The notes under the pieces are model-generated. The model was not told the origin of the DNA. It did not search any database and was given only the letters and a program-made list of their open reading frames with translations. A DNA stretch of 64,000 nucleotides from Perkinsus olseni (lineage: Eukaryota). Below, piece after piece: positions 37,947 to 50,801 of the stretch (its first letter is position 1; each line of letters opens with the position of its first letter). Position numbers and translations under genes: made by a program. The DNA lies in contig JABANN010000093.1 in NCBI GenBank assembly GCA_013115125.1, positions 1 through 64,000 on the forward strand, written 5' to 3'.

Positions 37947-40484
37947 CTAGCCTACCCCGGCTCCAGCCGACTCGGAGGGTCCCTCCTCTCCAAGGAGGTC
38001 CAACTCCCTCGACCCTCGACCACGACCACCACCACCACCACCACCATCGCCGTCCTCGATATCATGCGGGGGCTCTGATGATGTTGAGGAGGACCAGTCA
38101 TCATCGATATCCTCGAATCGGTGAGAGTAGGGCTCTTGTGTGACACCTGAAGTTGGCCATCATGCGTTGAAGGATCTGTGACAGCTGGGGAGCTCACCCA
38201 GTTGGTACACTCCTCCTCTCTTCCTCGAACGCCATCCGTAACACATAACCTACACAGACGGTACGCAGTAGCAGATGGCAGAGAACTTACACAACAAGCC
38301 GCCAAGATGAGGACCCCCGCAACGACAACAACTGCCGCAACCCCGGCGTCCGAGAGCGGCGAGGAACCGAGTGGCACGAATCCAGTAGAAGCAGGAGGAG
38401 GAGGGGCTCTCGTTATCGACTCGACCTGCTCCGCCGGCAGAGCTGGCGCCAGTGTCGGCATGAAACTGTGGTGAGGAGGAGGGTAGGTCTGAGGGGGTGG
38501 CATGAGGCAAGGAGAAGAAGCGTTCCGGAGAATGGCAGCTCACCGAGTCCATCCAGGGAGGCATCGCGCCCTGCACAGAGTTCGGCCTCTCAACATACTG
38601 TGGACAGTCTGCCTCCGCCCACCCAAGCCGCCGATCCTCGAGGTCGAATATGATATCATGGCCTTGCATCCACGATGCGCCTAAAAGCACCTGTGCCGTG
38701 GATCGATCCAGGGACCTTCCGATTACCCAGCACCGTCTCCCTCGCGTGATTGTCCTCCAGGGTATAGCAGTACGTATTGCTATTCGCTTTATTGTACCTG
38801 AACGCGACTCACGTACTAGCATCGTTATCCCACATCCGATCCCCGCGCATGCCTGCTAAGTTCATACCACAACTTCCCTTCTTACATGTAAAACGTAGGG
38901 CGCCACAGTCTGTGCTTCCCCCCAATAGTAAACCGGAACACTGGGAACGAAGAGGTGTCATTACCAGGCGACTGAGAAAGGGAAATCTCAACGTATTGAG
39001 AAAAGCTTGAACACAGCTCATTACCACCCAACAGGTCCTGTCCTTCCGAGTGGCCCCTCCACAAGCGCCGTCCTTACACGCCTCGTCTACAGCAGCTGTG
39101 AAGCTCTTAAAGATTTGCGGAGGGAGGTACCTGACCGAGAGGGAATGGCGACGAAAAAGGCGGAGCGAAGCTCTTACGTGTAAGTCGTCCCAGAGTCCAC
39201 CATGGCATTACCAAAACTATCCTTATCAGTGGCTATGTCCGTCACCTGCACGAATGCTGTTCATTCAACCGTAGAAGCTTCAACAAGGCGACTCACGGTG
39301 GTGACCCCCTTGACGGTGGAGGGCTGGTCTTCCGGATAGAGGCCGAAGGACTCGATATCAAGGTAATAGAAACCTCGCTCTGTGCTCATCGGGCCCCAGT
39401 TCACCGATGACCTGCGGACAGAAGCAAAGTTGACAGACTAGACCTCTGCTGTGTCGCCACTTACGTGTGCTTGGTGGCGTTGTACCCACCTACCACAAGC
39501 TCTCCTCCCCAGGTCGCCAAGCACATAGATAAAATACTTTTGTCCACCTGAAAAGTGCCGTTGCTAGGGATCGAACCTGAGACCTTCCTACTTGATTGTT
39601 CTCCGAATTAAAGAGAGTCTGTAGCACTGTTTGGCTGTCGGCTCTCGGAGGCGCCATTCCCATGATACCTGAGACTAACTCTCCCCAACGCCGAGCCCAC
39701 ACGCCTTCTAATACCATTGGCCTTCTGCGTGTAGAAGAGTTTATTCTCGCTTGTGTGGCAGCCAAGCTTAGTCATCACCGCTGGGTTCAGCTCATCATGG
39801 TCATCCAGACTGACGTAGTCCTTAAACCAGTACCCTTCTATGCTGGACCCCTCCGTGTAAGATTGATGGTAACTGACAAAGAGACTGTGGCGACAGACAG
39901 GGCGATGGTCGACTGCCTTACTAGCATTTGTCGTTCCTGCACTGCGTCCGAATAGTAGCGGGGCACTCGTCGCAGGACAGCCACTGCGCCGTCGAGCTCT
40001 TGTTCATGTCAAAGCGGGGATCGATATGAGTGCCAACATGAGCCTCCGGTATCTCACAGGTGAACCCCGGCAATGTCGAACCTGAAGGAATGCTACTTGG
40101 GTGAATGTGTGATGGCAGGAGGGAGAAGCTACCAGTGTCGACGATGAGGCTGGTCCGCTGCTGTGGTGTCCCCACGAGGAGGTCTATGAACCAGTAAGCA
40201 TACCGATCAATGTGGCCAAAGAGCTTGGCTGTAACCGTCGTATCACCTGCGGGAAGAGCATCCCAAGCAATAGGGGACAGCGGCACGGACCAACCTCTGC
40301 TGTAGACCAACTCTCTGAGGTTGCTGGTGCTGTGAAGTTGGCGTATTCCTGAGCCATCACCGTCATAAACTCCCCTTCTAGACCCTCCCTGAGCGGTGGA
40401 CGTTGTGGATAAGGCCAACAGTAGTAGGGGCATCATCATCGTCACTGCCGTACACAAACGGGTGGGATAGAGGTGAGGTGACAT
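37947..40484 (-). CDS. Membrane-anchored aspartic protease, plasmepsin V/ASP5-like (A1 family), multi-exon
   Basis: Signal peptide; YAYWFIDLLVGTPQQRTSLIVDTGS; Cys-rich insert CDECPATIRTQCRNDKC; LSMCLATWGGELVVGGY; MVDSGTTY; LGASWMQGHDIIFDLEDRRLGWAEADCP; C-terminal TM VAAVVVVAGVLILAA. Confidence 0.9.
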
Positions 40485-40763
40485 ATCCTGTTACTAACAA
40501 CCACAGCACTCAACTGACGATAACAGGTGCCCCGCGAACTAGCAACGCAGACCTTGGCCGATGATAGCAGTTGAGTTTTCAACGTCTTCAAGGACAGCGT
40601 ATCGCAAGGGAGCTGCTGTCCTGTGGGGAGTATGATCATACAGTTCTATAGGCTTGAACAGACACAGAAACCTACGGGAGGAGAACGCCTCCGAGTGCTG
40701 AGTGACAGAGGGGTTGGTCGATCACTTGAGCAACTTGATGGTGATGTCTCACTAGCACGACCC

Positions 40764-43232
40764 CTAGTGCTGCATGTCCTCCTCAGATACCGTTGGCGGC
40801 TTCACAGGAAGCTTCGCGCCGCTGAGACCTGACAGAGTAACACCACTCCGGAATCCTGAGGCTTCAACCCTCTACTACATAGTCCACATGGTGGCGATTG
40901 TGGTTGCAGTTTATTGGGACCAGCGTGGCGACAGGGCCTGTCCCACGAGATGGAGTCCACCACAGCACCAAAGACGTCCCTCTCAGCATAGGGGTAGTCC
41001 ATAATGCTGAAGCCAAGCTCACACAGCTCCCCGAGGTACACCGTCAACTGGATAACGACACGGCAGCACTACGCAGAAGATGTGATAACGGCGAGGCCTA
41101 CTTCGTCGTTCTCATCACGACCGATGATAAAATCATATCGGAGAGCCGGCGCTGGCTGATCTGATTCCGTCAGCATCCATCGCTGCCAAGCCCGCATGCA
41201 GGTATGGCATATACTCTCCGCCTGAGGGTGACAATGGCGACACGGAAGGGTGCACAATAGTGTCACCTCTTTCAGACCGGCAACGTCGCCGTTGAACCAT
41301 CTTTGGGCGGCTTCTGTCCGATCCTGAGGGGAGCTGCTGACCGACTGATCGACCCTCTGCTGTGCTTACCATCGACCGCTCGAAGTCACGATAGAGACCG
41401 TCCTCGCTGATTCTGGCGAAGGTGGAATAGGTCACATGTCGCACCTCCCCCATAGTGGTGATGAACCTCATCTCTAGACTGTTGGGCACGCGCTCTTGAA
41501 CCTGAGCATCCCCCATGCTATGTCCTCCCGGAGGGACCGACAGCCGGCGGCCGGGGCCTACCAACACACAGTCGTTCCGGCAGGTGGGTTGAAGGAGAAT
41601 GTCCTGCATTTGACTGGCCAACGATGAGGCGTCGGCATTGAAGGTGCGCACGTCCATGGCCTCCCAGGAGTACCCCAACTTGCATACACCACCTGCGGGA
41701 GGGGACCCTTTTCGACCAACACGAGGGCGAGGGGGAAGGGCTACCTCTCACAAGGGGCCTGTTGTCCATGAGGATTCTGAGGTTATCCAAGGCCGATTGG
41801 GCCGCGGAGTGGGCTGACGTTATGACCGAACCTCTGCTGACCTGCAAAATAGCCATCACCAGGTCTGTGGCTCCCGTAAGATACGACCAACCTTGACGCA
41901 TTTCGGGAGTCGGAGGTCCTCCTGCAGACAGAGGTGGGAGTAGAGGTCCTTGGCCACGATGGTGCGATGGAGATGAGACGTATGCGGGAAGCGAGTGCAG
42001 ATTCCGATGGCCTCCATCCTGCAGCGACTGTAGTAACATCAGCAACACAGCGGCGAAGGCTTACCTGGTGAGGAGGTTGAAGAAAGGGTCTCGAGCGACG
42101 AAGCCACCAATGTTAGGGTTGCAGGAATCCTCGAACTCACAGACCCAGAGGAAGTACATACCGGCGCGGTGCCTGACGATGGGGTAGGGAGCAATGACAG
42201 GAAGTCACAAGGGAGCGGCTACCTTCCCGTCAGCTGGCAGGCGATAGCCCTCTCACTGATCTTATCAAGCTCGGCACTGCACTTGACGTAGGTGGTGAGA
42301 ACCTCATAGTCGGGCCCGACACGTCTGTAGAGCTCCCCCAGCAGGGACACTATGTACCTGATGCAACCCGCTTGCGGGAACTCAGCAGCCTACTGCCATG
42401 ACTCACGCATCAGAGATGGTGGAGCCCGTCTCTCCCCAGCTAGGGAAGTCCCACTCATTCGCAGCCTCCGGGTTGGCCCATCGGACCTGGATGCTGATGA
42501 GTCAAGCAAGGCAGCAGCCCAAGGCTATTCTGCTGCTTCTTACCACATGGATGCTGACGGAGGGCCGAGGGTTGGGCGGGGAGAGCTTGAGGTCCCCTGC
42601 CGGCACATTCTCCGTCACGCGGGAGGTGTCCAATCTCATGGAGCCTCTCTCGTACCAAAGGGAATGGTCGTAGCAGACCAAGGGCCAGGTGTGCCTGAGG
42701 AGCTGTACTGCTGGGGTCCTCGATGGGGGGATGGGCTACTACTTCTCGTTTGGTCTGTACTCGCTCTTCCTCCAGTCCCTTGCCACCGTAGCCGTCATCC
42801 AGCGGTCACTCCAGCCGGTAGGTGGGGACATGAAGGCATCCGCCGGAGAGGAGACCGCCATCCAGCAGTACTGAGACGACGCTGACCGGGATATCTGCAT
42901 CCGATAGAAAACCCACCTGAGAGTCAACAACACCATCAGTCAGGCCCCCCCCCTCAGAAGGCCAGCCCTTACAGTCTGTGACCGGCCATGATGGTGTCTG
43001 GCAGGTGGTTGAGGGTGTGCATGTCGTAGTGCGGCTCAGCCTCCCTGTTAGGGTGGGGAGGCATCCTGAAGCCTGTGCCGCTGAAACCATTGCTGATGAC
43101 CACACCGCTGTTGTCAGCGTATGATGGCTGAGACGACGGCGCCATCTCACAATCGGGAACCGAGGGAGTGGCTGTGGTGGCAGCAGCAGCAGAAGGAGGA
43201 GCTGCTAAGGACGGGGACGACGAGGATGACAT
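40764..43232 (-). CDS. Multi-exon hypothetical protein
   Basis: Minus-strand ORFs joined by short introns, starting MSSSSSPSLAAPP; no family recognised; ends approximate. Confidence 0.55.
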
Positions 43233-43421
43233 TAACGTGAGGGGACTGGGCCAGAGGGAACTTGGGGACTCAACCGAACTCAACCGGAAGATGCTATTAA
43301 CAATGATAGATGAGAAATGTTAAGGAAGGGCACATTACAAAAGTCAAGTGATGCTCCGTTGCCGAGCGGGTCTGATAATAGTGCAGGACAGTACTAGAAA
43401 GGACGGCAACAGTGATAGGAA

Positions 43422-45800
43422 CTACTCCGGGGGCTCCTGGTCTTCACCATTCAGTCGAACACCACTAACCTTGCCGAGGACGTCCAACACAGCCCACCAA
43501 TCGCTGGCCATGTGACCCCGCAACAAGGACGCCTCATCATCGCCCAGCTGGACTTCTACTCTGAGGACGCCGTTCTGGTACACGGCTACCCTGTCGAAGG
43601 AGAAGAGCAACCCGACAGAGTCACCGACGGACACCTAGACAACAGGATTTCGGCACCTTCCAGGAGCATAGGGGGGACTACCTCCCGCGCTGGTCTCCAC
43701 TGCCTTGAGCTGATCTTATGCGTTCTGCCGTTCACCCAGAGGCGTACGGGGTCGTAGCCGACTAGGAGGGAGCAGAACCCAACAGCCGACTCGCCAGCAT
43801 TGGGAGCTAGAGTGGCCATGGCATCTTCCTCTACATGAAGTGATGGTAGGTTGGCAGCTGAGAATGAAGGAGAGGATGCGGACCGGCTCGAGGGGAGCTG
43901 CTGGCGGTACTTTTGGAGGGATCGATAGTGGTTAGTCCTAGAGCGAAAGTCTTCATAGCAGTAGCCGCCCTGGTGACAGTAATAGAATAATAAACCCCTC
44001 CACTGGGCAGCCTCACGCTACGAGGAAGCCTGAAGGGAACTGTCGCCAAGCTTACAACACTGATGGGCCGTGTTTACTACCTCTTGATCGGATATTTACC
44101 GAAGACCATAGCGTTGTTGATGCCTGTCTTCCTGACCGCTACAGTACCATCCTCCTCCAACTTCACACGGCTGCCCTTCACGACCGGCTCGAAGACCATC
44201 GGACGATACAGTCTTACGCAACTGAGCAGCCATGATGAGGAGAGAACAGTGGTCACTCCTCAAGCCCTATTACTAAGTCCCTTCCGCTACATTGCCAGCC
44301 CTGCCGATGATACTGATGCTAACATCAGCCCCTTGCCGCTGCTGCTCCTCTATTGGTGGAATGCTCAAGGTAACCTCAGTGCAAGGAGGGTCGCCCTCTG
44401 GCACTGACCGACCCGTTACGGCCACGATCTCGCTAGGCACCAGCTCATCAGCCAGGCGAACTTCGGCTCCCACTACTGAGCGGCCGTCCAGGTTCAACAC
44501 TGTGATCTTCACCGTGGTACGCATATCATAGGGTAAGACTCGCGGCGAGACATCGACCACTCGAGCCTGATCGAAGTACTCGAAGGCCCCTCGCAGGAGG
44601 AAACTCCGTGTAGGATTTTCCATCACTACCAACACATCCGCAGGCCCTGCGGGATCTCTCGACAACGGAGCCAGAAACTCCCTCCGGGTTTGCACCGAAG
44701 TGGCCACCTCTGCGCACGGCCGGTTTCCAATTTTCAGGTACGATATCGCGCTGAGTTCGATTCCCCCCTCCGGACAAGCTTCAACTGTAAACCGACTGCC
44801 GCCCTGGCGTGGGGCTCCCGATGGCCGCATTATGATGGGCATCGTATCACTAGAGTATGATACCACCGATCCAGCCTCATCGACTAAGGCCGAGGAGCTG
44901 ATGTCGGATACTCGGCCATTAGTACCAGCCTTGGGGAAGACGGAAGATTCCAAGTCCTCAGATATCATATCTTTACCCTCGTCCGATTCAGAGAGCTCGA
45001 AAGATATGGTACCCTTAGGAACAGACAAAACGCTCTCATCCGCGACACTCTGATCAACCGCCTTCTCATCGGCAGGGGTGTCCTTCGGTGGGGACTCGAC
45101 CGAACCCGGGTCACCGTTCCCCTCGACGATCTCGTCTGCCTCCTCCCGGCCCTCGTCGACCGTCTCCGCCACACCATCCTGCCTTCCCGCAAATTCAACT
45201 TGTTGATCCGGTACACGACTCGCCGAGGGTTCGTCCGACGGAGGCACTTCCTCCCTCTCCCCCACGGAGGGCGGCCGCTCCTCCTCGTCATTCTCAGCAG
45301 CCTTGAAGTCCGATGGCGGCGAGGGCATCAGGTCCACCAGACTACCGTGCTCATCACCGACCGATTCATTCTTCTGCCCGGTCGAAGGGATCTGTGGCTC
45401 CGATGTCGACCGGTCACTGCCTTTGCTGGCCTTCTCCTCCTCCCAGGCATGACTCAGCCTGTCCAACCGCAACAGCAACTGAACCCTCTCCCCATCCTCT
45501 ACCAGCCCTCTAAGCACACCATCTACGCACGCCTTGTCCGAGTCGCTGGTGAGAGACGGGCGAATGGAAATCAGCGTCTCCATAGCTGAAGTGAAGGAAA
45601 CACGGTCGAGGTCGAGGAAAAACGGTCGAGGAGAATCCGGCCAAACCGCCAACATCGGTATTACCTTTCATTAAAGTGGCCTTAGCTTCCGCGAGCTTAT
45701 TGATGACCTCCAACTGCTCCGCCTCTCCTTTGAGCCCTTGGACTCCTACTAAAGCTGCCACCAGATCAGGTGGCTGTCTGCTATTACCTCCCATGGGCAT
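43422..45800 (-). CDS. Protein with acidic linker, IPT/TIG-like segment and C-terminal neuralized (NHR) domain
   Basis: 460-aa internal exon; VVDVSPRVLP...TVKITV (TIG-like); FEPVVKGSRVKLEEDGTVAVRK...NAMVFGKYP, FALGLTTIDP, VGDSVGL and WWAVLDVLGKVSGV match NHR. Confidence 0.75.
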
Positions 45801-45883
45801 AGGTTAATCAACTGCGCGGCAAAAGTATCACCCAAGGGACAGACACTCGAACACAATGGCGGGAGCAGATAACAGGAAACTCG

Positions 45884-46387
45884 TCAGAGTGCTTGGGAAG
45901 CACTTCCATCTACTTTGGGCGCTGCTGCTGCTGCTGATGACGAGGACATCTCCTTCCAGGCCTGACAACACCCGGTACCCAACCCAACCCACCCCACTAT
46001 CACCACTACCTGATACCGGCCTGTATAGTACCCAGCATAATACCAACTCATGCACAGATTGCTCAGCTCTGGGTCCTCGGGCAGCGGCATCATCATGCCA
46101 CTTGGAGCTGTCGTTGGAGTGGCGGTAGTAGTAGCGGCAGCCGCAGTCTGGCCTTCCTCCCCCTCGTTATCATTCGCAGGCCCCTGCGCCTTCTCCTCTC
46201 CCACACAGCCACTAAGCGCTTCCTCATGCAGCGAAGGCTCTCGATGAGTACTACTCGAGGACGACACTCTCTCGATGAGCTTATCGATCTCAGCAACAGC
46301 CTCAACGTCGTCACCATCAGCATCCAACTGCCGCATTACCACAGCCGTCAACTCATTAAAGGTGTCCAATAGCAAGTCCGCGGACAT
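45884..46387 (-). CDS. SMN (survival motor neuron)-like protein with YG-box
   Basis: LSNLCMSWYYAGYYTGRYQ is the SMN C-terminal oligomerisation motif; a probable 48-nt in-frame intron follows it. Confidence 0.7.
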   Translation of the reverse strand: MSADLLLDTFNELTAVVMRQLDADGDDVEAVAEIDKLIERVSSSSSTHREPSLHEEALSGCVGEEKAQGPANDNEGEEGQTAAAATTTATPTTAPSGMMMPLPEDPELSNLCMSWYYAGYYTGRYQVVVIVGWVGLGTGCCQAWKEMSSSSAAAAAPKVDGSASQAL

Positions 46388-46553
46388 CTCGAAACAACCC
46401 TAGAACTAGACCATCCATAGAAGGAACCCAACACTAGAAGTGACGAGATCATGGTGATTAGGAAGCTGTCTGCCGACTGTCACAATTGGAGTTCTCCCAG
46501 ATCTCCAGCACCGCCATCCGTTCTTAGAGACCGGCAGACATCTACCATAACGG

Positions 46554-47265
46554 ATGGACGAAGGCCAGTCCCGAGGTTACGTGGACATACTCGAATTGAT
46601 GCCTTGGGTGAGAGATGAGGTACCGATAGCTCAGCTACGTCCTAAGCATTGGCAACGAGGCCTCAGAAGCGGAGACAGCTACAGTATCAGCAGCGCACTT
46701 CTCCGTGGGAATAATCCTCAGGCGGTAAATCCCCATGATCTACGCTAGAGCGTCTCCTCAACCGCTGGTGGGTGTCTTGAAACGATCCGGGTAGCGTGAG
46801 CACATAACAACAGCAAACGGCGGTCAGCGTCATGGCCATAGAGACTTATAGACGCGTTCCTTAGGTACAGCAACCCCCGAACCGGTCAGGATATTCACTC
46901 CACCGCGCGATAGGGCATTGATTTTTAACAAGGTAGCCAAGACCCTCTCCCCCCGTGTTACAAGGCAGTGAAAGTCGGCTTGCCCTCGCAGGTCTGACTC
47001 TAGTTAGCTTTTCACTAGGTATGACCTCGTCGGGACAAATGCGAGTTCCAGTGATATCGAAGTCTTCAGAGTATTCGAAATCAGCAGGCTGACCCGTCCT
47101 CCAATCAAGTGCAGTTGTCCCTTCGGTACTACCGCTCAGCTCCTCATCGCCCCAGAATTCAACTGCCGTCTCGCCGAGAGACGCTAAGCATATCCAAGAA
47201 CCCCATCACGGCCGCCAAGAAACCATCGTCCACAAATACTGCACACAAATCCAACACCGGCAATA
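46554..47265 (+). CDS. Possible small multi-exon hypothetical gene
   Basis: ATG ORF followed by plausible GT-AG introns, filling the gap between SMN and PSD; no motif recognised. Confidence 0.3.
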
Positions 47266-47290
47266 ACAACAGAAACCGCACAACAGGCCG

Positions 47291-48964
47291 TTAGTCCTTC
47301 GTTGCTGCTGCTTTCTTCAGTGGCTGAGTGAGCAAGTGGCCCATCTTCACTTTATCCCCCACTTCCACCGCCCAATCCATCGACTGAGGGGCTTCGAACA
47401 TCATCACGATGGTGCTGCCGAGCCTGCCATACAACTAGTATACATCCCGGCCCAGCAGCAGCGGGCCTTACATAAAAGTCCCTATTGGATCACCGTGCTG
47501 GAAGGCGTTGTCAAAGAGCCTCGTCCGGATCTCCCCTCCGGTGTACACTGAGACTGATCGCAGCTGATTCGTACGCAGTTTGTTCTCGAAGGCAAGCTTT
47601 ATGCCACCCACGTTGTACCTAATAATATACGGTGACCGTCCAACTAGAGCATTACTGAGATCTATGCGGTCCAACTTCCAATACCACACCAACGGTAACT
47701 CTCCTCAGATTAGAACACGAGGCTCTCAAAACCACACGCAATTTGCCCATCGTGGATTCGTCGGAATGAGCAATTTCGTTCCTCCCTGCCCCCCCCCCAC
47801 CTATTACGCTGCAACCGGTACGTAGTGGCACTGTCCGAACGCCCAAGTCCCCGATAAGACCACTCTCTCATTCGCTGTGAATAGGTCGTCCACTGCAGAG
47901 GCGAACGGCTTCATCACAGGCAGCACGTCTCCTGGAAAGTGCCTTGAAGAGCATCCAATGACCCACACTCGGATTCTTATGTGCTACCGGGCCTGCTGCA
48001 ACTGGAATTTCGTGGGCGAATGGAATCTATGGTAGTCGCCTGGAGAGAGGTAGATCACCGCGTACCTGATCGCATACCATAAAAGAGAGAACTCACAAAG
48101 CAGCACGTACATGAGTTTGGATTCTGGATGCAGCCTCCTCATAGGGTCCACTCCCAAGAAGCCCGACAGCATGTAAGTGCCGCCCTTTACCCCAGATATC
48201 GTCGGGTCCAGTTGAGAGACTCTCGTTTGCCCTCCTATGAGTATTAAAATACCACAACAAGTGTAACGACGCGACGATTACGGTCAATCACTCCAAGGTT
48301 GACTACCTCTCCATCGCAAGGACAGACCATCGTAGTCGGAGCAACATCCTCCATGGGCCGTGCCTGAGACTGTTTGCCAAGCCACCAAGCGCCGGCACCT
48401 TTCACTACCCCGTCTTTGAGAGCTCGTGTGAAGAATTCCTGGAAGGAGTGGTATGCATCTAGTGGATACCGTATTTCCGTGAGATCAGCCCCAGTGGCCT
48501 TCGCATAGAGTTTAAAAAGGGGTTCCCTCATCTTCACAGGCAGCGTCCGCGACATCAGACTGCCGGTGATCCGACTCCGAGTGCCTACCAAACGGCCATG
48601 GACCAACAACGGCGGCCGAGCCACTTACGGCCGAACACAAGCCTCGAGTAGAAGAGAGTACTGGGAGATGTTATACCACTAGGGTTGCCCACTACTTCGA
48701 TGACCTGAAGCGAGCGTGGGCAGGGTTGATGGTATTCACAATGTACCTCATTATACTTATACTGGAATCCTAGCATGACGATGGCCCCGGCAGCAGCCAC
48801 GTACAACTTCCGTCGTCGGGTTGCCAACTTCCGCTGCTCTTCCACCGAGAACCTGCGCTAAGGATTCCTTCCATCCCGAGGGCTCCCTCCGTCCATTACC
48901 TTGCCCCTAACTTCAGAGCCGCCTTAGTCTTCTCAGAAGGTCCAAATGTTGGGATCGAGAACAT
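47291..48964 (-). CDS. PSD: Phosphatidylserine decarboxylase proenzyme, multi-exon
   Basis: SFQEFFTRALK, VCPCDG, VKGGTY, VIYLSPGDYHRFHSP, NERVVL, YNVGGI and the spliced LGSTIV autocleavage motif. Confidence 0.95.
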
Positions 48965-49508
48965 GTTGGCAAGGAGCCTTAAAGTGGTTACACTCACATG
49001 AATGCGCAGAGGGGAGGAAAAATACCGTCGCTGGGATTCGAACTCGCGCCGAGATCCACCACCATGACTAATGTAGGTTGACGAACGCAATATGCGTTGG
49101 GTGTAGAAAAAGAAGATAAAAAAGGATGTATGAAAGAGTCGTGTACAAGGGGCGTACGATGACCCCGACGACTGTTAGAGGTTGTGCTGCACTGTGCGGG
49201 CCGCACGTTCACAGGGACAGCTCACAGCGGAGATATTCCGCACAGTTTACACCTGTCGATTGTGGTGGTGAGCGACGCCTCTGTTATTACGTTCAGAAAC
49301 CGAGAGAGCGCACTCTCTGTTATCGGCATAAACCGCTCCATGTGGTTGTGGTGACACCGTTGCGAGAGACTGTCACCACCTAGTCACGCTAGGGGAGGCC
49401 CCCTTGCCCCGCCAGGGGTTGGCTCCCGACGATGGTGATGACGCTAGGACGGTCTTGTTGTTCTGTAGTTATTATTTACTTGGTATTCCGTGATTCTGTT
49501 GAACTATA

Positions 49509-50281
49509 ATGGCTTCTTACTTTTCGGCAGAGAACCCAGTTTACACGCCGGTAAGGAGACAGGAGGACTTGGATCATGATGATGGTGATTTCAAAAACGT
49601 GACAGCTGTCGAAGGTAAACGCCTCCGTTATCGTCATTGTCTGATTGTGTCTGCCTTCAGAAGCAAATGCCATAGCGAGCATGCTGCCCAGTGTGGTGGA
49701 GCAAGAGTCGCCTCAGCAGCTGGCTTCATTTATAATAGAGATGTCGAATGAGATATCCAAGCTTGAAGAGAGGCTCCGACTGGAACAAGAGAAGAACAGC
49801 TCTCAGGCAAATGAGATTCTTCTCTTAGAGCAACAACTCGCCTCCCTGCCATCCCCTCCAACGGAGGTTGGCCCGTCTTCTGATGCGTCCGCTGATATAT
49901 CGGCTCAACGAGATCGTGCATCGTCATCAAGTGTTAAGGGCAAGCTGTCCCCCGCTGAAATCTTCGCGATTTACGGTATTAACGAGTCCTGTCGGAAGGC
50001 CCTGAACAAGTCCCCATTACTGGCCACACGTTCACGACGGCAGAGGGTTGCCGACATGTTCATGGCAGTCCTTCAGGAGATGGACGGCAGTGAGGCTCTC
50101 CATCAGGTAGTAGCGGCAGGGTGGTTATTCGCTCGTGATTCGTCCATGTTATCAGTCTGGCAAGGAACCTTCGAGCGATGAATCACCTGATTATAACGCT
50201 ATCTTCGTGGAATGCATGAAGGCAGTTCAAAGGCATACCTCCCCTTCCAGTCAACGGAAGTGGGTTCCTAAGAGAGACTAA
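49509..50281 (+). CDS. Coiled-coil hypothetical protein, tandem copy 1 (3 exons)
   Basis: MASYFSAENP.../VVEQESPQQLASFIIEMSNEISKLEERLRLEQEK.../SGKEPSSDESPDYNAIFVECMKAV...RKWVPKRD*; paralogue adjacent. Confidence 0.7.
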
Positions 50282-50294
50282 CTCCTCTATGCTT

Positions 50295-50295
50295 C

Positions 50296-50330
<35 letters not shown>
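50295..50330. repeat. (CAA)12 microsatellite
   Basis: Perfect trinucleotide run just after the stop codon of copy 1. Confidence 0.98.
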
Positions 50331-50332
<2 letters not shown>

Positions 50333-50801
50333 CTAAAGTGTCAAGTTGGGCATCTTTTTGTTCGGTATGCTGGGAACCGTAAAAGTCGTCAATCATTCAC
50401 GTGGTCCATGTCCTGCGGCTACTGCCGTTGGTGCTTACCATCAACCACTCAGAAAACTTTGTTGATGATGAACTTTTAAGTGACGCCCCTACCATTTTGT
50501 CATGATGATAGAGGGCTGATATTCAACAAAAAACCACCTCCAGTTGTCGTCGTACTAGTCTCGCACCCGCCACCCTGCAGACGGGATGCAACCTTCATTT
50601 GGTAGATATTCGTCGTCGTAGTCGTCGTCACATTTCATTTCAGCACTCTGATAGTCGCGGTTGTGTTGCCGAGTTCGGTACTTATGGTTTGGAGGCCTTT
50701 CAATTTGCGGCATGGAATCGAATTCTGTTGAAGGTGGAGAACTGCTGTATTGACCTGCTTGTTTGAGGTGAGTTCCTTCGCTTACATTTTTCTGTCGAAG
50801 T

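Noticed and set aside
42785-42800. ACCGTAGCC resembling the start of the perkinsid/dinoflagellate spliced leader
   Set aside because: The match stops after 9 nt and lies within a coding region; no SL RNA gene was found in the window.
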